Positions 6,751 to 15,277 of a DNA stretch of 24,000 bases are shown here, in pieces. This DNA comes from Polaromonas sp. (lineage in GTDB: Bacteria; Pseudomonadota; Gammaproteobacteria; Burkholderiales; Burkholderiaceae_C): the NCBI GenBank assembly GCA_049653085.1, contig JBASFP010000087.1:75418-99417 (forward strand), in the 5' to 3' direction. Every line of letters begins with the position of its first letter. The stretch's first letter is position 1. The notes under the pieces were generated by a model, which was not told the DNA's origin, ran no database searches, and saw only the letters and a list, made by a program, of their open reading frames with translations. The position numbers were made by a program, and so were the translations under genes.

Positions 6751-8671
6751 AGCCCCTCACAAGATTGGCAAATACGTCGTACAAAGCGAGCTGGGCCGAG
6801 GTGGCATGGGCGTGGTTTACCAGGCGCTGGATCCGTTGATTGAACGCCACGTTGCCATCAAAACCGTGTCCAAACATTTACTGGCCGCACAAGATGCGCA
6901 AGAAGCCGGGGCCATGATGCAGCGCTTCAAACGCGAAGCCCAAGCCGCTGGCCGATTGACGCATCCCAACATTGTGGCCGTGTACGACTATGGCGAAACC
7001 GATGACATCGCCTACATCGCGATGGAGCATGTGGCGGGCCAGGGGCTGGACGAAGCCATGCGCGCGGGCCAGCCGCTGGCAGCATCACAGGTTAAATCCA
7101 TCGCCACCCAATTGCTGGACGCCTTGCAGTTTGCCCACAACCTGGGGGTTGTGCATCGCGACATCAAACCGTCCAATCTGATGATGACTGCCGATGGGCG
7201 CGTCAAGGTCTGCGACTTTGGCATTGCACAACTGGAGTCATCGCAACTGACGCAAGCCGGCATGACGCTGGGCACGCCCAGCTACATGTCGCCCGAGCAG
7301 ATACAGGGGCAAACCACCGACAGGCGTGCTGATTTGTTTTCGGCAGGCGTGGTGATTTACCAGCTGCTGACTGGCCAGCGCCCCTTTGTGGGCGACACCC
7401 TCACCTCATTGATGCACAGCGTGCTCAGCGGCAAGTTTGTGGCCGCGACTGATGTGAACCCGGGGCTGGACAGCGCTCTGGATGTGGTGCTCACGCGCGC
7501 CCTGGCCGTACAGACGGCAGACCGCTTTCAAAATGCGGCGGACTTTTCAAAAGCCTTGAGCCTGGCTTTTGAGGGTCAAGTCTGGCAAGCCAATGACGAC
7601 TACGACATGACCGTTAAACAAGCGGCAACCGCTGGCTTGTCAGCAACCGTGACCAAGCTGCGCAAAATTGATTTCACATCAGTACAAAAGAAAATTGACA
7701 CCAGCAAACCGCAACTGACCAGCCTGGCAGCCGACAGGCCGCGCGTGCTGTTTGTCGATGATGAGGAACGCATTTTGTCGGGCCTGAAGTTGTTGTTCAA
7801 TCAGCATTACGAAGTGCATTTGGCCACTGGCGGCGAGCGTGCTTTGGAGCTACTGGGCAAACACCACTTTCACGTCATCGTCAGCGACCAGCGCATGCCC
7901 AACATGACGGGTACCGAGCTGCTGTCCAAAGCGCGGCTGGCATCGCCCAACACGGTGCGGATTTTGCTCACCGGTTATTCTGATCTGGCGGCGATAGTCG
8001 GGTCGGTCAACGAGGGCGAGGTTTACCGCTTTGCCAGCAAACCCTGGAACACCCAAGACATTCGCGCCACCCTGTCTGAAGCCGCGGCCATCGGCCAGGC
8101 GCTTGAAAGCACCCCGCTGGCCAGCATCAGCGATGCCAAGCCCGACGAGGCCGTGCTCTTTTTGGATTCAGACCGCGAGGTGTATCTGGCCGCGCGAGAT
8201 CTGTTTGGCCGCACCTACCGCGTGCTGTACGCCAGCGACCTGGGCAGCGCGCTGCAGGCATTGCAAGACGAAAATATTGGCGTGCTGGTGGCCGACATTG
8301 AAGACAGCCAGCGCAGCCACCAAACCTTCTTCAAGCTGCTAAAACAGGAGCACCCCGAGATTGTGACGATTGCCATGACAGCCTCTTCAGACTCAGAACT
8401 GGTGATAGAGCTGATCAACCAGGCGCGCATTTTCAGATTTTTGAACAAGCCACTCAAGCTGCCCACGCTGCTGGGGCATGTAGATGCAGCCATGGCGTTG
8501 TTTGCACGGCAAAAAACGCAGCCTGCACTGCTCAAGCAGCAAAAGATCGATCTAAAAACAGCCAGCAAAACACCAAACCCTGCAACGGATGATGCGTCGG
8601 TGGGAGGTTTGATACTGAAGTCCCTGCGCGCGCTCAGGCGCAGGTTCAGTGAGTCAAAATTAAATACGTGA
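6740..8671 (+). CDS. Hanks-type Ser/Thr protein kinase fused to two C-terminal receiver (REC) domains
   Basis: Kinase motifs LGRGGMGVVY, VAIK (Lys codon 6860-6862), HRDIKPSNLMM (Asp 7160-7162), DFGIA and GTPSYMSPEQ. REC1 has RVLFVDDEE...VIVSDQRMPNMTG (Asp 7886-7888)...ILLTGY...ASKPW. REC2 has VLFLDSD...VLVADIED (Asp 8294-8296)...AMTAS...LNKPL. No TM segment. The ATG overlaps the upstream kinase gene by 11 nt. Confidence 0.9.
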   Translation: MSLEAPHKIGKYVVQSELGRGGMGVVYQALDPLIERHVAIKTVSKHLLAAQDAQEAGAMMQRFKREAQAAGRLTHPNIVAVYDYGETDDIAYIAMEHVAGQGLDEAMRAGQPLAASQVKSIATQLLDALQFAHNLGVVHRDIKPSNLMMTADGRVKVCDFGIAQLESSQLTQAGMTLGTPSYMSPEQIQGQTTDRRADLFSAGVVIYQLLTGQRPFVGDTLTSLMHSVLSGKFVAATDVNPGLDSALDVVLTRALAVQTADRFQNAADFSKALSLAFEGQVWQANDDYDMTVKQAATAGLSATVTKLRKIDFTSVQKKIDTSKPQLTSLAADRPRVLFVDDEERILSGLKLLFNQHYEVHLATGGERALELLGKHHFHVIVSDQRMPNMTGTELLSKARLASPNTVRILLTGYSDLAAIVGSVNEGEVYRFASKPWNTQDIRATLSEAAAIGQALESTPLASISDAKPDEAVLFLDSDREVYLAARDLFGRTYRVLYASDLGSALQALQDENIGVLVADIEDSQRSHQTFFKLLKQEHPEIVTIAMTASSDSELVIELINQARIFRFLNKPLKLPTLLGHVDAAMALFARQKTQPALLKQQKIDLKTASKTPNPATDDASVGGLILKSLRALRRRFSESKLNT

Positions 8672-8691
8672 TCCTGCGAATCAATCAGGAC

Positions 8692-9633
8692 TCATGGCTT
8701 TGCGCTGGACTTGGTCAACTGCGCACGCATCTTGGTGCTGATGTCTTCAACACGCACAAACACCAGGCCGTCCAGCGTGCCATTGAATGCGTTATCCACA
8801 CTGAAGCCGGCAAAGCGGCCTTTCAGCTCGATGTAATGTTTGATCAGCATCGGCAGCTTCATGCCGTGTTCAATGCGCTGCAAAAACTTTGACAAGCGGG
8901 TCGGGTCGGCCAGCCCGGCGCTGATTTCCAGCAGCCGTTGCTCTGACGCCAGGCTGGTAAGGCAAGGTGCGTTGCGTGGCCGCACAAGGTGCTTTAAATT
9001 TGCATCCATGTGATGCAGCTGCAGTGATGACATGATCAAAAACTTGCCCACATCACTGAATTTGGGGCTGACGCTGACCGCACCAAACAGATGGCGAATG
9101 GCCGGGTGCCTGTCGAGCAAGGTGGCAATACCGGCCCACAACAGCCGCAGCACACGGGTGTTGCCCTGCCATGCCGGGTGGACAAAAGATCGTCCCATCT
9201 CCAGACTGGGCCCCAGCCGGTCAAACAATGACGCATCAAATTCAAACAGGCTGTGGGTATACAGGGCCGTCACGCCACATTTGGTGATCAGCGGCAGCGT
9301 AAAGGCCAATCGGTACGCACCCACAATCTCGCTCGATGCTTCAGACCAGACAAAAAGATGGTGGTAGTGCGGGTCATAGCTGTCCAGGTCAAGCGGCTGG
9401 CCTGTGCCCTCGCCCACAGCGCGAAAGGCCAGTTCTCGCAAGCGGCCAATCTCACGCAGCACGTGCGGCAGTTGTTGAGCCGCAGCGCAATAAACGGCAT
9501 AGCCACCCAGCGCCAGCAGACGATCAGAAGCATCCAGCGCATCAACGTCCTGCTTGAGCAAGGCTTGGGGGACAGCCGCAATGATGGGCTGCTGCGGATC
9601 AGACGCCAGTAGCTGATTCATGACGGCAGACAT
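8692..9633 (-). CDS. GNAT-fold N-acyltransferase of the OlsB / N-acyl amino acid synthase type (Acetyltransf_5-like)
   Basis: LRELAFRAVGEGTGQPLDLDSYDPHYHHLFVWSE...IVGAYRL is the motif I associate with OlsB/hemolysin-like N-acyltransferases. An alternative start at 9621 (MNQLL) would give an ATGA overlap with the upstream stop. Confidence 0.7.
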   Translation of the reverse strand: MSAVMNQLLASDPQQPIIAAVPQALLKQDVDALDASDRLLALGGYAVYCAAAQQLPHVLREIGRLRELAFRAVGEGTGQPLDLDSYDPHYHHLFVWSEASSEIVGAYRLAFTLPLITKCGVTALYTHSLFEFDASLFDRLGPSLEMGRSFVHPAWQGNTRVLRLLWAGIATLLDRHPAIRHLFGAVSVSPKFSDVGKFLIMSSLQLHHMDANLKHLVRPRNAPCLTSLASEQRLLEISAGLADPTRLSKFLQRIEHGMKLPMLIKHYIELKGRFAGFSVDNAFNGTLDGLVFVRVEDISTKMRAQLTKSSAKP

Positions 9634-10415
9634 GGCTTGCTCCAGGACAGGGTTTGTCTGATCTCACCTGTGAACCCATGGGCATTGAAGCTTCGCTCCG
9701 AAAACTCAGCGGTTTGCTGCCTGATGCATATCACGCTGGATGCGCGGGTGCCGTAGTCGGGGCTGGTGATGAAGGTCGCTGACAAAATGCGTTCGCGTTC
9801 CCGAGGAATACCAGTTTGCGGCAAGTCAGCGTCAGAGGCCATGCGGCTGTCAGACAGCAGTTCAAAAAATTGGTCTTGCAACAAAGCGTCCTCATCCGTT
9901 GTTGCCAATGTTTGCTCAAAACAAGTGCGCAGGCGCACAAGCTTGGGCCAGGGCGTGTTGAAGTCCGCATTCGACACCGATGTGATGCCAGGTGGCAGCG
10001 TAAAAGCGCGGGCATGACGGCTTTCAAAGCCCATCAAATCCTGGCCATCGAACAGGATCAGATTAAACGGGTTGTAGGCACTGACCTGGGCGGCCAACGC
10101 TGCCAGATAGTCCCTGGCGCTCACAGCACTGTTTAAAAAAGACGCTGTGATGTGACCGCGCGACTGAGCATCCATTTTCTGCATGGCCACATCACGGTAG
10201 TTGGTCAGCGCTGCCAATCGGGGCCGGCCAGTTGCGGCGCAAACACTCAAACCCAGCCAGGTGCCGCCAGCCTGCAAGTCTTGTCCCGCAAGAATGGCTT
10301 GCCCCGGCCAGTGGTGCAAGCCCAGCGCCGGACGCGCGTAAAACTCATCACGATTGGCCGCAACGCGCAGGGGCACGGCGCTAGCGGGCTGCCAGCTCAG
10401 GGTGATGAGGCACAT
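9618..10415 (-). CDS. NRDE-family (TANGO2/DUF833-like) protein
   Basis: N-terminus MCLITLSWQPASAVPLRVAANRDEFYARP carries the Cys2 and NRDE motifs. The ORF-track start at 10460 is rejected in favour of Met-Cys at 10415. Confidence 0.8.
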   Translation of the reverse strand: MCLITLSWQPASAVPLRVAANRDEFYARPALGLHHWPGQAILAGQDLQAGGTWLGLSVCAATGRPRLAALTNYRDVAMQKMDAQSRGHITASFLNSAVSARDYLAALAAQVSAYNPFNLILFDGQDLMGFESRHARAFTLPPGITSVSNADFNTPWPKLVRLRTCFEQTLATTDEDALLQDQFFELLSDSRMASDADLPQTGIPRERERILSATFITSPDYGTRASSVICIRQQTAEFSERSFNAHGFTGEIRQTLSWSKPCLPS

Positions 10416-11248
10416 GGTATTTCTTTGATGGCGTCCACAATGATGGTGGGCTTTTCCCACAACACAAAATGCGTTTCGTTCGGCAGGTTTTTGATCTTAA
10501 GCCAGGCAGCAGGCGCCAGCTTTTCAAACTCATCAACCGTTTTCGGGTCCACCAGCGAATCTTTGCCGCCCTGTACCAACGTGACGGGTGTGCGCAGTTG
10601 GCCCACTGCAGCTTCCAGTTTGCCCAGCTCGCCCGCCAGGCCCATCATTTCCTGATTGGACCAGCGCATTTCAAGTGGCACGGCCCAGCTCAGCAGCGCA
10701 GAATCAGCCAGCAGGTTGTACCAGCGCGGCTCTTCATAGCGGGACGACAACGAGCCAGCAATCGAGACAGCGCCACACACCTTGTCGGGCGAATTGAGCG
10801 CCATCCAGACCGCCAGCGGGCCGCCCAGTGAGTGACCCACCACAATGGCTTTTTGCCCTTGTGGAATCAGCTCCGCAATCAGTTTGGCCTGCTGCTTCAG
10901 GTCAGTCACCACCACGCCTTTGCCAGACGCACCAAACCCTGGCCGATCAATCGCAATGCGGTTTGCAAAGCGGGCCAGCTCAGGTGTTTTCAGGTAGTAC
11001 GACCAGGCCTTCCAGTCGCCCGGTGAGCCGTGTACAAACAACAGCAGGGTGCTGCTGCTTGCCAAGCCGGGTTTAACACTACCCGGCACACTGGCCATAT
11101 GAATGGGCTGGCCCTGCACGGTTTGCTGACCCATCGTCGGCAAGGTGCTGCCCGCAAACAATTGGTCGGCTGAGCCACGCGGATACGGCGGATTACCGCA
11201 TGCCACCACACTCGCTGCCACCAGCAGGCAGCCAAGCAAGGCTTTCAA
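10397..11248 (-). CDS. Alpha/beta-hydrolase lipoprotein
   Basis: Lipobox in MKALLGCLLVAASVVAC/G. Nucleophile elbow VVGHSLGG. TTG start 3 nt after the upstream stop. The 3' end overlaps the NRDE gene by 19 nt. Confidence 0.8.
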   Translation of the reverse strand: MKALLGCLLVAASVVACGNPPYPRGSADQLFAGSTLPTMGQQTVQGQPIHMASVPGSVKPGLASSSTLLLFVHGSPGDWKAWSYYLKTPELARFANRIAIDRPGFGASGKGVVVTDLKQQAKLIAELIPQGQKAIVVGHSLGGPLAVWMALNSPDKVCGAVSIAGSLSSRYEEPRWYNLLADSALLSWAVPLEMRWSNQEMMGLAGELGKLEAAVGQLRTPVTLVQGGKDSLVDPKTVDEFEKLAPAAWLKIKNLPNETHFVLWEKPTIIVDAIKEIPCASSP

Positions 11249-11251
11249 TTT

Positions 11252-11737
11252 TTATTTGCCCAACACTTTTTTGACCAACGCCAGCCACACGTCACGCCGG
11301 ATCCACAGCAGCAAGGCGCACGATACCCACACACCGCAAGCCAACATGAAGAGCTCCCCGCCATCACTGCTGCCATCGGTATTGACTACTGCAATGCCCA
11401 GCGGCGTGAAGAGATGAAAAAAGATCGCACCACTGATGACGCCCAAACCCAGCGCCGCACCCGCCACCTGCACCAGCCGCTGGCTGGCGATAAAAGCACC
11501 CGCCAGCAGCAGCAAAGAGGCCACCAGTTCAGCAGACCCCACCACCGTGGCTGAAAAAATACCACCCGGCGCAAAAACACCTTTAAACCCCAGGCTGGCA
11601 GCCCACGGGTCCAGCTTGCCCTGAAAAATATAAACCGTCTCTGGTGAGCCAGTGAACTTGAAAAACAGGGACTGTATAAAGACAAAGGCAACGAACAGGG
11701 TCAGAACCCAGTGGCCGTGTTTTTTCAGAAAGTTCAT
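11252..11737 (-). CDS. DoxX-like small integral membrane protein
   Basis: Four hydrophobic helices. GAGGAG RBS before ATG 11737. The family call rests on general resemblance only. Confidence 0.5.
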   Translation of the reverse strand: MNFLKKHGHWVLTLFVAFVFIQSLFFKFTGSPETVYIFQGKLDPWAASLGFKGVFAPGGIFSATVVGSAELVASLLLLAGAFIASQRLVQVAGAALGLGVISGAIFFHLFTPLGIAVVNTDGSSDGGELFMLACGVWVSCALLLWIRRDVWLALVKKVLGK

Positions 11738-11762
11738 GGTGTGACTCCTCGTGGGCTAAGTG

Positions 11763-12245
11763 TTATTTGGCAATCAGTGCCAGGAATTTTGCATCGGCTT
11801 TTTTGATCAAACCCGCACGGTCTTTAAGCCAGTCTTTTTGTATCGATGCGTCGTAGTTCAGGTAGAGCTTGCCGTCAACAACCGAGAACTGGTTGGGGTC
11901 GACTTTGACCAGGCTGTCGTTGGCCACGCCGTAGGCGCAGTAACCGCCGTACTGGGGTGCATACTTTTCGGGGTTAGCCTTGAACAGCTCCAGATTGGCA
12001 GCGCTGGAGAACTTCCACTTCGCCCCCTTGTGATCAAAAGTATGTGCATCCAGACCTTTGACGGGCGCATTTTGGGTGAAGTAAGCCACGCTGTCATAGC
12101 CATTGATGGCGGTGTCGGTCTGTTTTGCAAAGAACGAATTGGTCAGGGTGTTGACGGGCTTTTCAGCCAGGGCGCCGAAGCTGAAGGCAAGCAGAGCGAG
12201 CATGAGAATGCGGCGCACATGCGAAAAGAGGGATGCGTTGTTCAT
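11763..12245 (-). CDS. Exported YHS-domain family protein
   Basis: Signal peptide MNNASLFSHVRRILMLALLAFSFGALA. INGYDSVAYF...KWKFSSAANLELFKANPEKYAPQYGGYCAYGVA is typical of YHS-domain periplasmic proteins. Confidence 0.7.
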   Translation of the reverse strand: MNNASLFSHVRRILMLALLAFSFGALAEKPVNTLTNSFFAKQTDTAINGYDSVAYFTQNAPVKGLDAHTFDHKGAKWKFSSAANLELFKANPEKYAPQYGGYCAYGVANDSLVKVDPNQFSVVDGKLYLNYDASIQKDWLKDRAGLIKKADAKFLALIAK

Positions 12246-12305
12246 GATGGATTCCTGGGTGCAATTGAGTTGGTATCAGTAGGGGATGGGCAAAGCAAAT
12301 ACGCT

Positions 12306-13442
12306 TTAAAACCAGGTTTCACTGCGCGCCAAATCCTGACGGAACTGGCGCAGCAATTGAAAAGCCGAAGTCGTTAGCGCGCCTGTTTTGGCATAAGCCG
12401 CGCCAATCTCAAAAGCCACCGACCATTGGGCAAACATGGCGCGGTAGCCGTCCAGCAAAGGCGTGCCGGGGTGGTAAATGTGCGCGCTTTCAGCAGACAC
12501 GCCATTGAGCTCCAGCACCTTGATGCCCTGGCCGCGCCGAAAATCGGCAATGCTGGGGACACGAATGTCCATGCGGCCAAAAGCGTAACCCGGTACGGCG
12601 TCCAGCAGGCGGCTCAAGGTAGCAATCAGTTCGGGCGTGGCATGCGCGCGTGCATCCAAGAACAGGCTGCCCCGGCAATGTGCGCCAATCTCCACCAGCT
12701 TGACAACTTCTGACGCTGCCGGCACGCGGCTCAGCTCAGTGGCCCAGCGCTTGAACAGCAGGCTGGATATCAGCTTGGCACGCGCATCGGCCAGTATCAA
12801 TTGCTTCAGGTTGTGAATGCCATCGCCTGTGACGGTCGGAAATGTTTTATGCACGATGGACAAAACCTTTGGCAAGAACTCGCCCGGCATGCGTGCCACA
12901 AAAATACCAAACTCTTCGCCTTCAATGTGCTTTTGCACAATCACCGAGCCAGAAAACCGCGACAGGTAGTCAACAACTTGATCTGTGCTGCGGGCCACAA
13001 ACACGCCGCGCCCGCGCTGCCCAACATCGGGCTTTAAAACCACGGGCAAGCCGTGGGCTGCGATAAATGTCGCCGCCTCGGCAAAGCGCTCAGTGGCGTC
13101 AACCGAAGTGATCAAACTGAAATTGGCCACCAGGTCAGGTGCGTTGTCTTGCAGGGGTTGCAAGGCCTGGTGTTTTTTCTCGCCGACCATGCCACCTGCT
13201 TCCAGCCCCGGGTTGGCGGCGGTAAAGGCTGTGGGGCTGCGGTGCTTGAGCCCCAGCCACAAAATCCACACCACAATGGGCGCGTAATACAGCCAAGACG
13301 GCCAAAACTCCCAGCGCCAGGTGCGCTCCCACAAAATGCTCAACCGGGCGCGCAGTGTTAACGGCGCACCGTCTTCAGCGGGCTGGTCTTGCCAGGGCAA
13401 AGCGGTGGGTTGCAAGCTGCTTGCGTTAAGGTTTGCGCTCAT
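12306..13442 (-). CDS. ATP-grasp ligase-like protein with an N-terminal membrane segment
   Basis: WEFWPSWLYYAPIVVWILWLGL is a TM segment. PVVLKPDVGQRGRGVFV...VIVQKHIEGEEFGIFV...LELNG are ATP-grasp motifs. The ATG at 13442 overlaps the upstream stop (ATGA). The 13619 start is rejected because its extension is Arg/His-rich and overlaps the upstream gene. Confidence 0.75.
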   Translation of the reverse strand: MSANLNASSLQPTALPWQDQPAEDGAPLTLRARLSILWERTWRWEFWPSWLYYAPIVVWILWLGLKHRSPTAFTAANPGLEAGGMVGEKKHQALQPLQDNAPDLVANFSLITSVDATERFAEAATFIAAHGLPVVLKPDVGQRGRGVFVARSTDQVVDYLSRFSGSVIVQKHIEGEEFGIFVARMPGEFLPKVLSIVHKTFPTVTGDGIHNLKQLILADARAKLISSLLFKRWATELSRVPAASEVVKLVEIGAHCRGSLFLDARAHATPELIATLSRLLDAVPGYAFGRMDIRVPSIADFRRGQGIKVLELNGVSAESAHIYHPGTPLLDGYRAMFAQWSVAFEIGAAYAKTGALTTSAFQLLRQFRQDLARSETWF

Positions 13443-14029
13443 GCTGCCACCGCGATGTTGTTGGCGCGCTGCTCGTACGCCACCGTTGCTGGCGCTTTGC
13501 CAACGCCTGCGCCCAGCGTTTGTCCGCGCTCCCGGGCGTAGCCTTGCATGATGGCAAAGTGATGCGTGGCGTGGCTGTTTAAAAACATGATCTCGCGCGC
13601 CAGTGTGGACGGCGTGCAAAAGTTGTGCTCGCCTTGCAGGCCGCCACGGACATTGACATGCACGATGTGCAGCATGTCGGCTTCGCTCAGGCCAGAGCGG
13701 CTGCCCAAAGCAGCGTCAATCAAACCGATGCGCCGAATCGCTTCAAGCGAATTGGTTTCAATTGCCATGTTGCGCTCACGGGCGTCGTAGTCAGCCTGGC
13801 AAGCAACGCCTGGGTTTGCTTGAACCGTGCCCCAAGCTTTGACCAGCGTGTCGTAATGCTCAATGATGTGCCGGGTGTGCGCACCCACATGCGCTGCGTA
13901 GTCTGGCTGCTGCGCGCCCACATAAGGCTCAACCACACTGCGCATTTGTGCCAGAACGGCGGCGGTGTAGTCGCACAGCTGCGCGGCTGTGCCCAAAGCG
14001 AGAGTGTTAGAGGTGTTGCTGTTTGTCAT
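13439..14029 (-). CDS. DinB/YfiT-like metal-dependent superfamily protein (tentative)
   Basis: His-rich helical motifs AHVGAHTRHIIEHYD and NSHATHHFAIM. The ATG at 14029 overlaps the upstream stop (ATGA). The ORF-track extension to 14401 is rejected. Confidence 0.55.
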   Translation of the reverse strand: MTNSNTSNTLALGTAAQLCDYTAAVLAQMRSVVEPYVGAQQPDYAAHVGAHTRHIIEHYDTLVKAWGTVQANPGVACQADYDARERNMAIETNSLEAIRRIGLIDAALGSRSGLSEADMLHIVHVNVRGGLQGEHNFCTPSTLAREIMFLNSHATHHFAIMQGYARERGQTLGAGVGKAPATVAYEQRANNIAVAA

Positions 14030-14553
14030 GGGGTCACGGCAGTCATGGTGCGTTTGAGCAACAGCGCGTAGCTGGCGCAAAACAAAATATTCGGAACGAT
14101 GCCAGGAGCCAGAGTCAGCAAAAGGTGCTGCGTGCCCAGCAGGCCATGCGCGGCAAACAGGCTGGCATAGGTCAAACCCAGGCCGCCAGCAAAGGCGCGC
14201 AAGCTGCCCGACCAGACCCACATCTGCGGTTGGCCACGGCCATAAAACTGCCGCATGGCCAAAGTGCCGAAAAAAGTCAACAGGGCGCTGGTCAACCAAT
14301 GCGCCGCGCCAATACCCCAGGCCGTGTTGGCCCCTTGCGACCAATTGGCCCACACGGCCCAGGCACCGTAAACACCCCCGCCCAGCACAGCGCCGAACCA
14401 CGAATCCATCATGTAGCGCAGGACATGCAGGTGTTTGTTTTGCGGTTTATGCACTGTTTTGGCGCATTGCGTAGGCTCTACAACCGCTGTCGGGCGGGCA
14501 ATCACTGTCTGGCGACCCTGAAAAGTCATGAAGTGGACAAAAGTATTCAACAT
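14026..14553 (-). CDS. Four-TM membrane protein of unknown function (start uncertain; alternatives at 14529 and 14412)
   Basis: Gly/Trp-rich helices WFGAVLGGGVYGAWAVWANW, WGIGAAHWLTSALLTFFGTLAM, FAGGLGLTYASLFAAHGLL and LAPGIVPNILFCASYALLL. First gene of an overlapped trio. Confidence 0.55.
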   Translation of the reverse strand: MLNTFVHFMTFQGRQTVIARPTAVVEPTQCAKTVHKPQNKHLHVLRYMMDSWFGAVLGGGVYGAWAVWANWSQGANTAWGIGAAHWLTSALLTFFGTLAMRQFYGRGQPQMWVWSGSLRAFAGGLGLTYASLFAAHGLLGTQHLLLTLAPGIVPNILFCASYALLLKRTMTAVTP

Positions 14554-14591
14554 AATGGTCAGTCGTTTGAGGTTCCAAAACCTTACGATGT

Positions 14592-15173
14592 TTGACGTTT
14601 AAACCCATGCTGCGCTACAAAAGACTCTTTCTGGTCATTGCTTTCCTCGCCCTGCTGCTGGCTGTTTTTCACTTCAGCGGCCTGCGAGGCAACTTTAACC
14701 ATGCGTTCATGTACCAAAAGTTCATGGACAACCGGGTCACCGGGCTGTTGATATTCATCGCCCTGTTTGCCGTCGGCAACCTGATCCAGATCCCCGGCTG
14801 GATTTTTCTGGCGGCGGCCGTGCTGGCGCTGGACAAGTTCTGGGGCGGGCTGGCAACCTACATCGCTGCCGTGGTGTCCGGCGTGGTTACGTTTGCTGTC
14901 ATCAAGGCATTGGGCGGTGATGCGCTGCGGCAAATCGACAACAAATATGCGGTACGTATTTTGCGGCGTCTGGACGGCCACCCGGTGCTGAGTGTGTTTT
15001 GCCTGCGGCTGTTGATGCAAACCGCGCCCGCACTGAACTACGCACTGGCCATGTCAGGTATCAAATTCAGAAGTTACCTGATCGGCACCGCCCTTGGCCT
15101 GCCGATACCGATTGCGCTGTATTGCCTGTTTTTTGACTATCTGGCGATGGTCATGCACATTGGCGGGCATTGA
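14592..15173 (+). CDS. TVP38/TMEM64 (DedA/SNARE-associated-like) membrane protein; start may be ATG 14607
   Basis: Multi-pass hydrophobic profile. LLIFIALFAVGNLIQIPGWIFLAAAVLAL resembles this family. Confidence 0.55.
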   Translation: MTFKPMLRYKRLFLVIAFLALLLAVFHFSGLRGNFNHAFMYQKFMDNRVTGLLIFIALFAVGNLIQIPGWIFLAAAVLALDKFWGGLATYIAAVVSGVVTFAVIKALGGDALRQIDNKYAVRILRRLDGHPVLSVFCLRLLMQTAPALNYALAMSGIKFRSYLIGTALGLPIPIALYCLFFDYLAMVMHIGGH

Positions 15174-15221
15174 TGGGCGCCAAACCACCTGAAAAGCAGC
15201 TTTTTAGGCTCTTTTCAAGGG

Positions 15222-15277
15222 TGTTTTAGGCCTCTAGGCCAATAAACACGGGCGTAAGCAGCTATTTTATTAATAGC
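15222..15277 (+). repeat. Dispersed intergenic repeat, copy 2
   Basis: tgttttaggcctctaggccaataaacacgggcgtaagcagctattttattaatagc. Confidence 0.85.

Noticed and set aside
8672-8691. The TCCTG-N9-CAGGA inverted repeat between the convergent Ser/Thr kinase and GNAT genes as a bidirectional terminator.
   Set aside because: The stem is only 5 bp, the loop is 9 nt, and there are no flanking T/A tracts.
12306-14401. N-terminal extensions given by the ORF track: 12306..13619 and 13439..14401. The same applies to 2040..2726, 9618..10460, 17329..18498, 19129..19770 and 21682..22941.
   Set aside because: Internal ATGs give canonical family N-termini, signal peptides or ATGA coupling. The extensions overlap upstream genes and are compositionally aberrant.
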